From positions 66,638 to 130,637 of the forward strand of contig CAMOID010000001.1 in assembly GCA_946615975.1 (NCBI GenBank): a stretch of DNA of 64,000 nucleotides, read 5' to 3'. This document shows, piece by piece, positions 51,048-60,313 of the stretch (within the stretch, counting starts at the first letter, position 1; each line of letters begins with the position of its first letter). The notes below the pieces were generated by a model. That model was not told where the DNA came from, did not search any database, and worked only from the letters and a program-made list of their open reading frames with translations. This stretch comes from an uncultured Bacillales bacterium. GTDB lineage: Bacteria > Bacillota_I > Bacilli_A > RF39 > UBA660. A program made the position numbers and the translations under genes.

Positions 51048-51072
51048 AGAGTTTAATAAAACTCTTTTTTTA
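51048..51072 (+). terminator. Rho-independent terminator after the secA 3' remnant (probably the ancestral secA terminator)
   Basis: Stem agagttt/aaactct with loop aata, followed by a T-run. Confidence 0.7.
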
Positions 51073-51123
51073 TTGTATATATAAGAGTATAATTATCTTA
51101 CATATATAAAAGAGGTAAAAAAT

Positions 51124-51984
51124 ATGGATAGATTTAAAGCAACTAAGAGAGCAAGTTTATTAGGTATTATAGGTAATATATTTTTGTTAATTATTAAATT
51201 TACTATAGGTATTATATCTAGAAGTCAAGCAATGCTTGCTGATAGTGTTAATAGTGCTGGTGATATCTTATCATCATTCATGACATTCATTGGAAATAAG
51301 ATTGCAGCTAAACCTAGCGATGATGATCATAATATGGGACATGGAAAAGCAGAATATATATTTTCATTGTTAATAAGTGTAACAATGATAGTTGTTTCAT
51401 TTAAAATATTTTATAATGGAATTCATTCATTGATATATAAAGAGTATTTAGAGTTTTCTATATGGTTAATTATTGTATGTATTATAACTATCTTAGTTAA
51501 ATTATTTTTATACTTATATACTAGAAATTTATCGAAAAAGATTAATAATTTATTATTAGCTGCTAATTCTATGGATCATAGAAATGATATGTTTGTAACT
51601 TCATTTACATTAATATCTATTATAGCTAGTATATTTGGTATATATTGGTTAGATGGTATTACAGGTATAGGTATATCTATTTGGATATGTTATACAGGTA
51701 TTATGATATTTAAAGAAAGTTATGATGTTTTAATGGATAAAGCTATATCAGAAGCTGATAAGAAAAAAGTATTAGCAATTATTGATAAATATCCTGAAAT
51801 AAAAAAAATACAACATTTTAATTCAACTCCTGTTGGATATAAATATCAAATATCTTTTACTATATTTGTAGATGGTAAACTAAGTACTCATGAAAGTCAT
51901 GAGATTGCTGATAAACTTGAAGATGATATTATTAAAAACATTGATGAAGTATATTTATGTGTAATTCACGTTAATCCATTATAG
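51124..51984 (+). CDS. Cation diffusion facilitator family transporter
   Basis: Six TM segments, 'LADSVNSAGD' (TM2) and 'DHRNDMF' (TM5) metal-site motifs, C-terminal cytoplasmic domain. Confidence 0.85.
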   Translation: MDRFKATKRASLLGIIGNIFLLIIKFTIGIISRSQAMLADSVNSAGDILSSFMTFIGNKIAAKPSDDDHNMGHGKAEYIFSLLISVTMIVVSFKIFYNGIHSLIYKEYLEFSIWLIIVCIITILVKLFLYLYTRNLSKKINNLLLAANSMDHRNDMFVTSFTLISIIASIFGIYWLDGITGIGISIWICYTGIMIFKESYDVLMDKAISEADKKKVLAIIDKYPEIKKIQHFNSTPVGYKYQISFTIFVDGKLSTHESHEIADKLEDDIIKNIDEVYLCVIHVNPL

Positions 51985-52069
51985 AAACTGGTGTAAACCA
52001 GTTTTTTATTTTGTTCAAATTAAATAAAAAAAACAGATTAAATGATATAATTCAAATGAAGGTGATTAT

Positions 52070-53044
52070 ATGAAATATAAGAAGGTAGTTGTAGCTGGTG
52101 CTGGCGTATTAGGAAGCCAAATAGCTTTTCAAACAGCTTATTGTGGTTTTGATGTAACTGTATTAGTAAGGGAAGAAGACAACCAAGAAGAAATAAAAGA
52201 AAGATTTAAGAAATTACATGAAACATATTTAGATACTATTGATGTAATGGATACTAAAGTTGGTAAAAGTAAAGATGTATGGGCTTTAGGTATTTCATCT
52301 GTAGATGACTTTAATAAAAAAGAATGTATTGATAAAGCTAATAATGCTTATGAATCAATTAAAATTGAAACAGATGCTTCTATAGCATTAGCTGATGCTG
52401 ATTTATTAATTGAATCTATTACAGAAGATATTAAGATTAAGAATGCATTCTATTCTGGTATTGCAAATTTAATGCCAGAGAAAACAGTTATAGTAACTAA
52501 TTCTTCAACATTATTACCATCTAAGATGGCTAAGTCAACAGGTAGAGAAGAAAAATTCTTAGCATTACATTTTGCTAACTCTATTTGGAAAAATAATGTT
52601 GCTGAAATTATGGGACATTCTAAAACTGATGAAGTATATTTTGATGAATTAGATAAATTTGCTAAAGCAATTAATATGATTCCATTAGTGGCTAGAGAAG
52701 AAAAATCTGGATATTTATTAAATTCAATGTTAGTACCATTCTTATTAAGTGCTATGGATTTATTAGCTAATGGTGTATCAGATGCTGAAACTATAGATAA
52801 AGCATGGACTTTAGGAACAGGTGCTCCTCATGGACCTTTTGCAATTATTGATGTTGTAGGATTAGAAACTGCTAGATATATAGTATTACAATATCAAAAA
52901 GTACCAGATTTATTTGATCCATTGTTAAAAAAGATGATGCTTCCATATAACTACGATGGTATGTTAGCTATCTTAGATAAAATGATGGCAGAAGGCAAAA
53001 CTGGTAAGGCTGCAGGAGAAGGATTCTATAAGTATAAAAAGTAA
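52070..53044 (+). CDS. 3-hydroxyacyl-CoA dehydrogenase family oxidoreductase
   Basis: Rossmann 'VVVAGAGVLGSQIA', 'LIESITEDIKIK', C-terminal 'GPFAIIDVVGLE' domain. Confidence 0.78.
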   Translation: MKYKKVVVAGAGVLGSQIAFQTAYCGFDVTVLVREEDNQEEIKERFKKLHETYLDTIDVMDTKVGKSKDVWALGISSVDDFNKKECIDKANNAYESIKIETDASIALADADLLIESITEDIKIKNAFYSGIANLMPEKTVIVTNSSTLLPSKMAKSTGREEKFLALHFANSIWKNNVAEIMGHSKTDEVYFDELDKFAKAINMIPLVAREEKSGYLLNSMLVPFLLSAMDLLANGVSDAETIDKAWTLGTGAPHGPFAIIDVVGLETARYIVLQYQKVPDLFDPLLKKMMLPYNYDGMLAILDKMMAEGKTGKAAGEGFYKYKK

Positions 53045-53105
53045 GAGACTAAATAGTCTCTTTTTTTTATTATTAATAAGTTGTATAATTAAAATAGGTG
53101 GGGAC

Positions 53106-54992
53106 ATGGAAGAACAACTAGATTATACAATTAAACTTATAAACAAAAAAAATAATGAATTATTAGATAAACAAGTGGATGGTTGCGCCTATAAGGTTGA
53201 TGTTGTTATACCAATGAAGTATGGTTGGTTAGACGATTTATATTTGTGTGTTTCAAGTGATAAATTTAATCATTGCTTTAAAATTCCATTTGATCATAAT
53301 GATGAAAAGAATGTACATTTTTCAGGGGAAATATTTTTAGAAACTAGAGCTATATATAGAACTTATTTTACTGTTACTTGTAATGGAAGAAGATTTTATT
53401 TAAATAAAAATAGACAAATAACAGACTTTTTAGATAATAATGCTATTGATAAATTATCAGTTAATTTTGATACACCAGAATGGGCTAAAGGAGCTATGAT
53501 GTATCATATATTTGTTGATAGATTTAAACGTGGAAGTAAACATCACCTTAAACCTATGAAAAATAGAATTATTAAATCATGGGATGAAGGTGCAAAGGAT
53601 GGTCCAAATATTGATGGTAATTGGAATAATGAATTCTTTGGTGGAGATTTAGAAGGTATAATTCAAAAATTAGATTATATTCAATCTTTAGGAACAGATA
53701 TTATTTACTTAAGTCCAATAGTTAAGAGTCAATCAAATCATAGATATGATGCTGCCGATTATGAAACTGTTGACCCATATGCTGGCACTAATGAAGATTT
53801 AAAACGTTTATGTGATGAAGCACATAAAAGAGGTATGAGAATAGTATTAGATGCTGTATTTAATCATACAGGAAATGATTCTAAATACTATAATGAATAT
53901 GGTAATTATAAAACTACAGGAGCTTGGCAAGACAAGGAATCTTATTATGGTTCATTCTATAGAAAACACTATGGTGATGATGGAAGAGTATATTTTGACC
54001 ATTGGTGGGGAATGCCTAACTTACCTGTATGTGATGGATGTTCTAAAAATTGGCAAGATTATATTTATGGAGAAAATGGTGTAATAGATCAATGGTTTGC
54101 TCTTGGTATTGATGGATTAAGACTAGATGTTGCTGATGAATTAACTGATGAATTTATTGAAGGTATTAGAAGAGCAGTTAAAAGAAATAAAGAAGATGGA
54201 TTTATTCTTGGAGAAGTTTGGAAAAATGCTATGAGAATGAATAGAACATATATATCTTCAGCTAAAGCTATGGATTCACAAATGGATTATCCACTTGTAG
54301 ATGCATTAATGAGATATATTAAATATAGTGATGTAACTAAATTAAGATATATAATTCAAGATATGTTAAATGAATATCCTAAAGCTTCTATTGAAACATT
54401 AATGAATTTTTCTTCTACTCATGATATATCTAGACCTTTAGATATATTTGGATCTAGAGAATTTGATTTTTATACTGAATGGGTATGGGATACACTTCAT
54501 AGAAGAGATAATAAAGATGATTATGTATATTTTAATAATTTTAAGTTAACTCCAGAAGAAAGAGCTAAAGGTAAGGAATTATTTAAAACATATTTATTTT
54601 GTTTAAACTTTATGCCAGGAATATTATCAATATTCTATGGAGATGAAGTAGGTGTTGAAGGTTTAGGTAATATTTTAAATAGACAACCATATCCATGGGG
54701 ACATGAAGATATGGAATTGTTACAATTTGTTAGAAATCTTGGAAGTATAAGAAAAAATGAACAATTTTTAAGAAAAGCTGATATGAATATCGTTGATATT
54801 AATAATGATTATTTTATGTTCGAAAGAACAAGTAATGATGGAGATGCTTTAATTACTATTAATAGAACTCCAGATAAGAAAAAAATAGTACTTCCATCTA
54901 AATATGAAACACCAAATAGCTTATATACTCTTAATAAAAGTACTAAAAAAATACTTACTCCATATGGAGGAAATGCAATTATAAAACGATAA
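53106..54992 (+). CDS. GH13 alpha-amylase-family glycoside hydrolase (neopullulanase/cyclomaltodextrinase-like, no signal peptide)
   Basis: Conserved regions I 'DAVFNHTG', II 'GIDGLRLDVADE', III 'ILGEVW', IV 'FSSTHD'. Confidence 0.85.
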   Translation: MEEQLDYTIKLINKKNNELLDKQVDGCAYKVDVVIPMKYGWLDDLYLCVSSDKFNHCFKIPFDHNDEKNVHFSGEIFLETRAIYRTYFTVTCNGRRFYLNKNRQITDFLDNNAIDKLSVNFDTPEWAKGAMMYHIFVDRFKRGSKHHLKPMKNRIIKSWDEGAKDGPNIDGNWNNEFFGGDLEGIIQKLDYIQSLGTDIIYLSPIVKSQSNHRYDAADYETVDPYAGTNEDLKRLCDEAHKRGMRIVLDAVFNHTGNDSKYYNEYGNYKTTGAWQDKESYYGSFYRKHYGDDGRVYFDHWWGMPNLPVCDGCSKNWQDYIYGENGVIDQWFALGIDGLRLDVADELTDEFIEGIRRAVKRNKEDGFILGEVWKNAMRMNRTYISSAKAMDSQMDYPLVDALMRYIKYSDVTKLRYIIQDMLNEYPKASIETLMNFSSTHDISRPLDIFGSREFDFYTEWVWDTLHRRDNKDDYVYFNNFKLTPEERAKGKELFKTYLFCLNFMPGILSIFYGDEVGVEGLGNILNRQPYPWGHEDMELLQFVRNLGSIRKNEQFLRKADMNIVDINNDYFMFERTSNDGDALITINRTPDKKKIVLPSKYETPNSLYTLNKSTKKILTPYGGNAIIKR

Positions 54993-55066
54993 TTTATCAA
55001 TTTAGTATATATTATTTGTTTAAATTGTTATATAATTGTATAAGACATAAATGAGGTGAAATATTC

Positions 55067-56296
55067 ATGGTAGTAATAGTTTATTATATACTATTTATAT
55101 TTTGTTTATTATATTCAATGTATTTCTTTTTTACATCTCTATGGGGATTTAAAGGAATGCATAAATCGATAATAAAAAAACATAAAGAAAAATATAAAAT
55201 TGCTTGTTTAATAGCTGCACGTAATGAAGAACAAGTTGTTCCTTCATTAGTTAAGTCATTATTAAGACAAGATTATCCAAAAGAATTATTTGATGTATTT
55301 GTTATTCCTAATAACTGTACAGATGATACAGAAGGTGCTGCTAGAAAAGCAGGAGCTAAAATAATTGATGTAACTATTCCTGTTAAAAGTAAAGGTGAAG
55401 TATTAAAATTTACTTTTGATAAGTTAAAAGATGAAGATTATGATGCATATATTATTTTCGATTCAGATAATATTGTTGATAAGAACTTTGTTAAAAGAAT
55501 GAATGATACATTATGTGATGGTTATGAAGTAGCACAAGGTTATAGAGATTCAAAAAATGCTGGTGATAACTGGATTACTGGATCTTATTCAATCTTCTAT
55601 TGGATTCAAAACTTCTTCTTTAATAGAGCTAGAATGTATATAAATGGTTCTGCTTCTATTAATGGTACTGGTTTTATGATTAAGAAATCTGTTATTGAAG
55701 CTGAAGGATTCCAAACTTATACATTAACAGAAGATGTTGAATTTACTGCTCAATGTGCTATTAAGAATAGAAGAATTGCCTTTGTTGAAGATGCAATTAC
55801 TTATGATGAACAACCATTACAATTTGGTGCTTCATGGGTACAAAGAAGTAGATGGACAACTGGTAACTTACAATGTTTTGCTAGATATGATTTAAAGTTA
55901 ATTAAAGCTTTCTTTAAAAATCATAATATTGCTGCATTAGATATGGCTTTATTATTCTTTGCACCAATGTTCCAAGTATTAGGATTTGTTTTAATGATAG
56001 TATTAATTCTATTTAAAACATTTGGTATTGAATTAGTTGATATGTTCTCATATTTATTTGCATATGGAGCTTTATTCTTCATATTAGGATATATTGGTAA
56101 CTTTATATTAAATGTATTTATAGTTAAATATAATAGAAATAATAAAGTATTAAATCTTATTTGGGGTATTTTATTCTTCCCATTATTCTTATTAACTTGG
56201 GTACCAATTAATATTAAGTGCTTAATTAAAAGAGATTCTAAATGGAAAGAAATTAAACATACAAGAAGTATTAATATTGAAGAGATTGATAATTAA
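55067..56296 (+). CDS. Membrane-embedded processive family-2 glycosyltransferase
   Basis: N-terminal TM segment, 'IAARNEE', 'FDSDN', 'TEDVEF', 'QRSRW' (QxxRW) and about 4 C-terminal TM segments. Confidence 0.82.
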   Translation: MVVIVYYILFIFCLLYSMYFFFTSLWGFKGMHKSIIKKHKEKYKIACLIAARNEEQVVPSLVKSLLRQDYPKELFDVFVIPNNCTDDTEGAARKAGAKIIDVTIPVKSKGEVLKFTFDKLKDEDYDAYIIFDSDNIVDKNFVKRMNDTLCDGYEVAQGYRDSKNAGDNWITGSYSIFYWIQNFFFNRARMYINGSASINGTGFMIKKSVIEAEGFQTYTLTEDVEFTAQCAIKNRRIAFVEDAITYDEQPLQFGASWVQRSRWTTGNLQCFARYDLKLIKAFFKNHNIAALDMALLFFAPMFQVLGFVLMIVLILFKTFGIELVDMFSYLFAYGALFFILGYIGNFILNVFIVKYNRNNKVLNLIWGILFFPLFLLTWVPINIKCLIKRDSKWKEIKHTRSINIEEIDN

Positions 56297-56310
56297 ATCT
56301 CTTCTTTTTT
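56281..56310 (+). terminator. Rho-independent terminator of the GT2 gene
   Basis: Stem agagatt/aatctct with an 8-nt loop, followed by tctttttt; overlaps the stop codon. Confidence 0.7.
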
Positions 56311-56311
56311 A

Positions 56312-56320
56312 TGCTATAAT
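56312..56320 (+). promoter_or_regulatory. Extended -10 (TGcTATAAT) starting the radical SAM operon
   Basis: Exact TGnTATAAT directly after the terminator T-run, 16 nt before ATG 56337. Confidence 0.55.
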
Positions 56321-56336
56321 TATTCTAGGTGAGAAT

Positions 56337-58172
56337 ATGAAAAAAAGATATCTATTTTATTTAATTATTTGTTTATTAATACCTACTATTGTTTTTGCAA
56401 AATCAAACTCAAATGATTTAGATGAAATTCCTGCTTTTGGATATGCATTATTTATTAGTATTTTTCATCTTGTTTTTATTCTTATGCCTATAATGTCTTC
56501 TAGAAATAGTGAGTTTAAATTCTCTACTAAAGATACAATTAAATACTATGCTATTTTAGTTGGATTAAACGCTATTATATGTGATGCTTTTGGTGTAGTA
56601 GGAATGGCTATTGGTTTCTTTTCAGTATTTGTCATTGGTTTTCCAGCTATGTTTTTTATGTCATCAGGTGGATTTAGAGAAAAAGTAAATGATCCTATTA
56701 ATGTTGATCCTTCAAAAGTAATTGAAGGATGTGATACTGATAAAGGTCTAATTATTAAATGCTTAAAATGTGGTAATAGAATCACAGTTAATAATAAATA
56801 TTGTGATGCATGTGGTGCTGATGTACAAGGTAATAATGTTAAAGTAGAAAAGAAAGATGCTTCTGAATTAGCATTGCAATTAAAATCTTTTGATAATATG
56901 TATGCTAAATCAGAAGAAGAACTTATTAAACTTATAATTACAAATGAATGTAAGAGTTTAGGATTAGATCTTAATACTAAATTAATACCTAGAAGTGAAA
57001 AAGTTAGATATATTATTTTAGATATTATATTTTGTGTTCTATTATTCTTATTTATTGGTTTAATATTCTATCATGTATCAATTAGAATATATGCAATAGG
57101 AATAGTAATATTAATTTTATTCTTTATTAAAAAGAATAAATTTGATTTATATAATTACTTATATAAAGAAGTTAAAGCTAGACCAAATGAAAATATAGAT
57201 AATATTATAGGTGCTTTAAAAGAAAATTTAGTTCCTAAAGAAGAAATTGTTACTAGAATATTATTACCTATCTTAGTAGTATTAATTAGTTTAATTATAT
57301 TTAAAGATCCAATTATATTATATGAACCATTGGAAGATGGATATGCTGTAAGATTTTACTTTACTGGTTTGAGTAGTTTGACTCATGCTACAATTCCTGA
57401 AGAACATAATGGTAAAAAAGTTATTTCTTTAAGAGGTAATGCTTTTTCAAATATGCCTTTATTAAATGAAGTATATTTACCTGATAGTATATATGAAATT
57501 AGAGGCGAAGCATTTAAGAATGATTTCTTATTAAAGAAAGTTCATTTACCTGCTAATCTTAAGTATTTAGGTGGTGAATCATTTTATCATTGTATTAATT
57601 TAGAAGAAGTTAATTTCACATATGAAATGCCACTTGAAGAAATTAAGGGAAATACTTTTGAAGGATGTACATCATTAAAGAAAATTGTTATACCTGATTC
57701 AGTTACTAGAATAGGTGGACATGCATTCCATGGTGATGAATCATTAAGTGAAGTTAGTATATCTGAACATAGTTCTTTAACTCAAATTGGATCATCTGCA
57801 TTTAGAGAATGTACATCATTAAAAGAAATAATTTTACCTATGTATGCAACATATGAATCTAATTCATTTAAAGGTTCATATACTAAAATATCTAAATATG
57901 GTTCAGATAATGATTATTTAATAGGAACTATGAATTTAGAATTAGATGATGTTAAATCATATACTTTACCTGAATATGGAACAATTAAATTAAATTACTA
58001 TTCTTATAATGCTACTAAAGGTCTTCATAAGGTAGATATATATGGTGCAGTTAATAAAAATATTTCATTTGTAGATAATTATAAATATTATATAAATGAT
58101 ACAAATTATATTGAATTTGAATCAACAGACACTTCTGAAATAGTTGTATATTTTTACAAAGTTTGGAGATGA
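56337..58172 (+). CDS. Polytopic membrane protein with an internal zinc ribbon and a C-terminal BspA-type leucine-rich-repeat domain
   Basis: Start at 'MKKRYLFYLIICLL' (signal/TM segment). 'CLKCGNRITVNNKYCDACGADV' zinc ribbon. About 7 TM segments. LRR units such as 'LKKIVIPDSVTRIGGHAFHGDESL' and 'LKEIILP'. Confidence 0.7.
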   Translation: MKKRYLFYLIICLLIPTIVFAKSNSNDLDEIPAFGYALFISIFHLVFILMPIMSSRNSEFKFSTKDTIKYYAILVGLNAIICDAFGVVGMAIGFFSVFVIGFPAMFFMSSGGFREKVNDPINVDPSKVIEGCDTDKGLIIKCLKCGNRITVNNKYCDACGADVQGNNVKVEKKDASELALQLKSFDNMYAKSEEELIKLIITNECKSLGLDLNTKLIPRSEKVRYIILDIIFCVLLFLFIGLIFYHVSIRIYAIGIVILILFFIKKNKFDLYNYLYKEVKARPNENIDNIIGALKENLVPKEEIVTRILLPILVVLISLIIFKDPIILYEPLEDGYAVRFYFTGLSSLTHATIPEEHNGKKVISLRGNAFSNMPLLNEVYLPDSIYEIRGEAFKNDFLLKKVHLPANLKYLGGESFYHCINLEEVNFTYEMPLEEIKGNTFEGCTSLKKIVIPDSVTRIGGHAFHGDESLSEVSISEHSSLTQIGSSAFRECTSLKEIILPMYATYESNSFKGSYTKISKYGSDNDYLIGTMNLELDDVKSYTLPEYGTIKLNYYSYNATKGLHKVDIYGAVNKNISFVDNYKYYINDTNYIEFESTDTSEIVVYFYKVWR

Positions 58173-58176
58173 CATC

Positions 58177-59913
58177 ATGGATTATAAATATATACATTTA
58201 TTGTATGTTCCAACTATGGCTTGTAATATGCAATGTAAGTATTGTTACTTAGAAGATAATACGAAAGATATTAATACTAAATATAATGAAGTAGATACTT
58301 TAAAATATGCTATAGAAAAGTTTAAAAAGAGTAATGTTATACCATTTAATATTTCACTTCATGGAGGAGAAGTTACAACATTAAGTAAAGAATCATTCCA
58401 TGATATTATTAAATTAATAAGTGATTATTATAATGAAAATAAAGATATTATTAAAGCTGGAGGATTTAATGTTGGTAATCCTCATATTAAAACTAATATG
58501 TATGCTTTAGATAAACATATAGATACAATAAAAGAATTTAATGTATCTATATCAGGGAGTTTAGATTTACCTTTAAAATTACATGATAAATATCGTGTAA
58601 CTAAAGGTGATAAAACGACATTAGATAAGATTTTATCTAATATTGAATTGATGAAAGATATTCCTAATAAAAAGAAAGTATCTGCAACTATTTTTAAAGA
58701 ACATTTTGAATATTTAGATGATATTGTTGAAGATATAAAATGGTTAAATAAAAATACATGTTTAGATATGAATGATTTTAATTTTATGATTGGATTTGAT
58801 TATAATTCAAATGGAATATTACATCATATAACAGAAGAAGAACAAATTAAATTATATGAAAGAATGCATGAAGAATTTGATAATACTGATTTAGATGCAG
58901 GAGTAAATGGACCTTGGTTTGATGAATTTGGACCAGGTTATTGCTCTAATTGTGATAACTGTGGATCTAAGTTTTTCTTACTAGAAAAAAATGGAGATAT
59001 TTATTCATGTGTAAGAGGACAAAAGAATAAAGATTATTATTATGGTAATATATATGATAATACTGTAGAAGAAATATTAGAAACAGCATTAGGTAAAATA
59101 TTTAGAAATCATAACAAAATGGAATTTAATGAAGATTGTTCTAAATGTGGGTATTTATATTTATGTAAGACTGGTTGTCCATTTGTAAAAAACACATATA
59201 AAACAAATAAAAGTTATACTTGTTTATTACAACAAAGAATGTATAAAGATAGAAACTATGAACAAGATATTAACAATGAATTTGTTCCAGTTTATTTAAG
59301 TAATATGAGATTAGGAGATAATAGCAAGTATTATCCTGAAAATAAAAATAATTTATATCCAGATATAAAAGATATTATAAATGAAGACAAGAATCTTAAA
59401 TATATATATGATCCTGATTCATTTATATTAAATATAGATGGAGAAGAATATAAATTAGAATCTCAAATATTAAAAAATAATAGAGATATCATTTATGTTA
59501 CACCTGAATCTAAAGTGTTTATTTATATGAAAAAACATTTAATTGAAGAAGTATGTGATTATCCTGAAAATAATTCATTATATATTATGTTATTATCAGG
59601 TAATTTAGTTACATATGGAGATGAAGGTAGAACTAAACAAAGACATATAAATACAAATCAAATATATAAAGGTGTATTAGATAATATTAAAAGTGATAAA
59701 AAAGATTATTATAAATATGATATAAGTAATTATATTAAAGAATATAAAGATTATTATTCAGATGAAAATCCTAATAATATATTTTTTACTACAAGTAGTT
59801 TAAGAGATTATCATTATAATAAACAAAAAAATAATGCTTATTATCATATACAAGCAATTAATTTACCATTTCAAAATATTGAATTTTATTATGTAGAAGG
59901 GAGTAATGATTAA
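58177..59913 (+). CDS. Radical SAM enzyme with a complete SPASM domain and an uncharacterised about 210-aa C-terminal extension
   Basis: Start ATG 58177 after RBS ggaga. C16-x3-C20-x2-C23 ('MACNMQCKYCY'), 'HGGEVTTL' SAM motif. SPASM 'NGDIYSC' (G-x4-C) and 'CSKCGYLYLCKTGCP' (C-x2-C-x5-C-x3-C). Confidence 0.85.
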   Translation: MDYKYIHLLYVPTMACNMQCKYCYLEDNTKDINTKYNEVDTLKYAIEKFKKSNVIPFNISLHGGEVTTLSKESFHDIIKLISDYYNENKDIIKAGGFNVGNPHIKTNMYALDKHIDTIKEFNVSISGSLDLPLKLHDKYRVTKGDKTTLDKILSNIELMKDIPNKKKVSATIFKEHFEYLDDIVEDIKWLNKNTCLDMNDFNFMIGFDYNSNGILHHITEEEQIKLYERMHEEFDNTDLDAGVNGPWFDEFGPGYCSNCDNCGSKFFLLEKNGDIYSCVRGQKNKDYYYGNIYDNTVEEILETALGKIFRNHNKMEFNEDCSKCGYLYLCKTGCPFVKNTYKTNKSYTCLLQQRMYKDRNYEQDINNEFVPVYLSNMRLGDNSKYYPENKNNLYPDIKDIINEDKNLKYIYDPDSFILNIDGEEYKLESQILKNNRDIIYVTPESKVFIYMKKHLIEEVCDYPENNSLYIMLLSGNLVTYGDEGRTKQRHINTNQIYKGVLDNIKSDKKDYYKYDISNYIKEYKDYYSDENPNNIFFTTSSLRDYHYNKQKNNAYYHIQAINLPFQNIEFYYVEGSND

Positions 59914-60302
59914 TGAAAGCAAATGAACCAAAATCATATCAAGGAATAATTAATAAAAAGAGAATGTATGAAATAGTTAAAGCTTATGATATATCTCAAA
60001 ATGTATATGATTTAATATTAAACTTTAAGACTGAAAATCCTAATGGAAAAGTTGAATGTGGTAAAAGATATATTACTCTTATTAAAGATAATGAAATCGT
60101 TCAATATATAGATGCTCCTATAAAATCTATTTCATATGATGGAATAATATGGGATGGAGATAAGTTTAAATTAATTGAACATTATGTTGCTCCTTCCTAT
60201 AGTAGTAGTAGTTGGTCTTCTGGTGGAAGTAGCTGGTCTTCAAGTGGTGGAGGATCATCTAACAACAATAACAATAATAACAATAACAACAATAATAGAT
60301 AG
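59913..60302 (+). CDS. 129-aa protein with a C-terminal SYSSSSWSSGGSSWSSSGGGSS-N12-R tail (candidate substrate of the flanking radical SAM enzymes)
   Basis: The ATG overlaps the upstream stop (TAATG) and follows RBS gaagggag. The tail is encoded at 60195-60299 and contains the tandem unit SWSS(S)GG x2. There is no signal peptide or TM segment. Confidence 0.65.
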   Translation: MKANEPKSYQGIINKKRMYEIVKAYDISQNVYDLILNFKTENPNGKVECGKRYITLIKDNEIVQYIDAPIKSISYDGIIWDGDKFKLIEHYVAPSYSSSSWSSGGSSWSSSGGGSSNNNNNNNNNNNNR

Positions 60303-60313
60303 GGTTGGTATAT

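Noticed and set aside
50075-51123. Looked for an integrase, transposase or inverted terminal repeats that would make the NUDIX cassette an identifiable mobile element
   Set aside because: There is no such ORF in any frame. The only structures are direct repeats and the secA 3' duplication. I therefore report an insertion scar and not a mobile_element feature.
60261-60296. Could the poly-Asn run be a sequencing or assembly artefact, or a simple slippage product?
   Set aside because: The 12 codons alternate irregularly between AAC and AAT, so there is no pure trinucleotide repeat. The frame also ends cleanly with AGA TAG, followed by the next gene's start.
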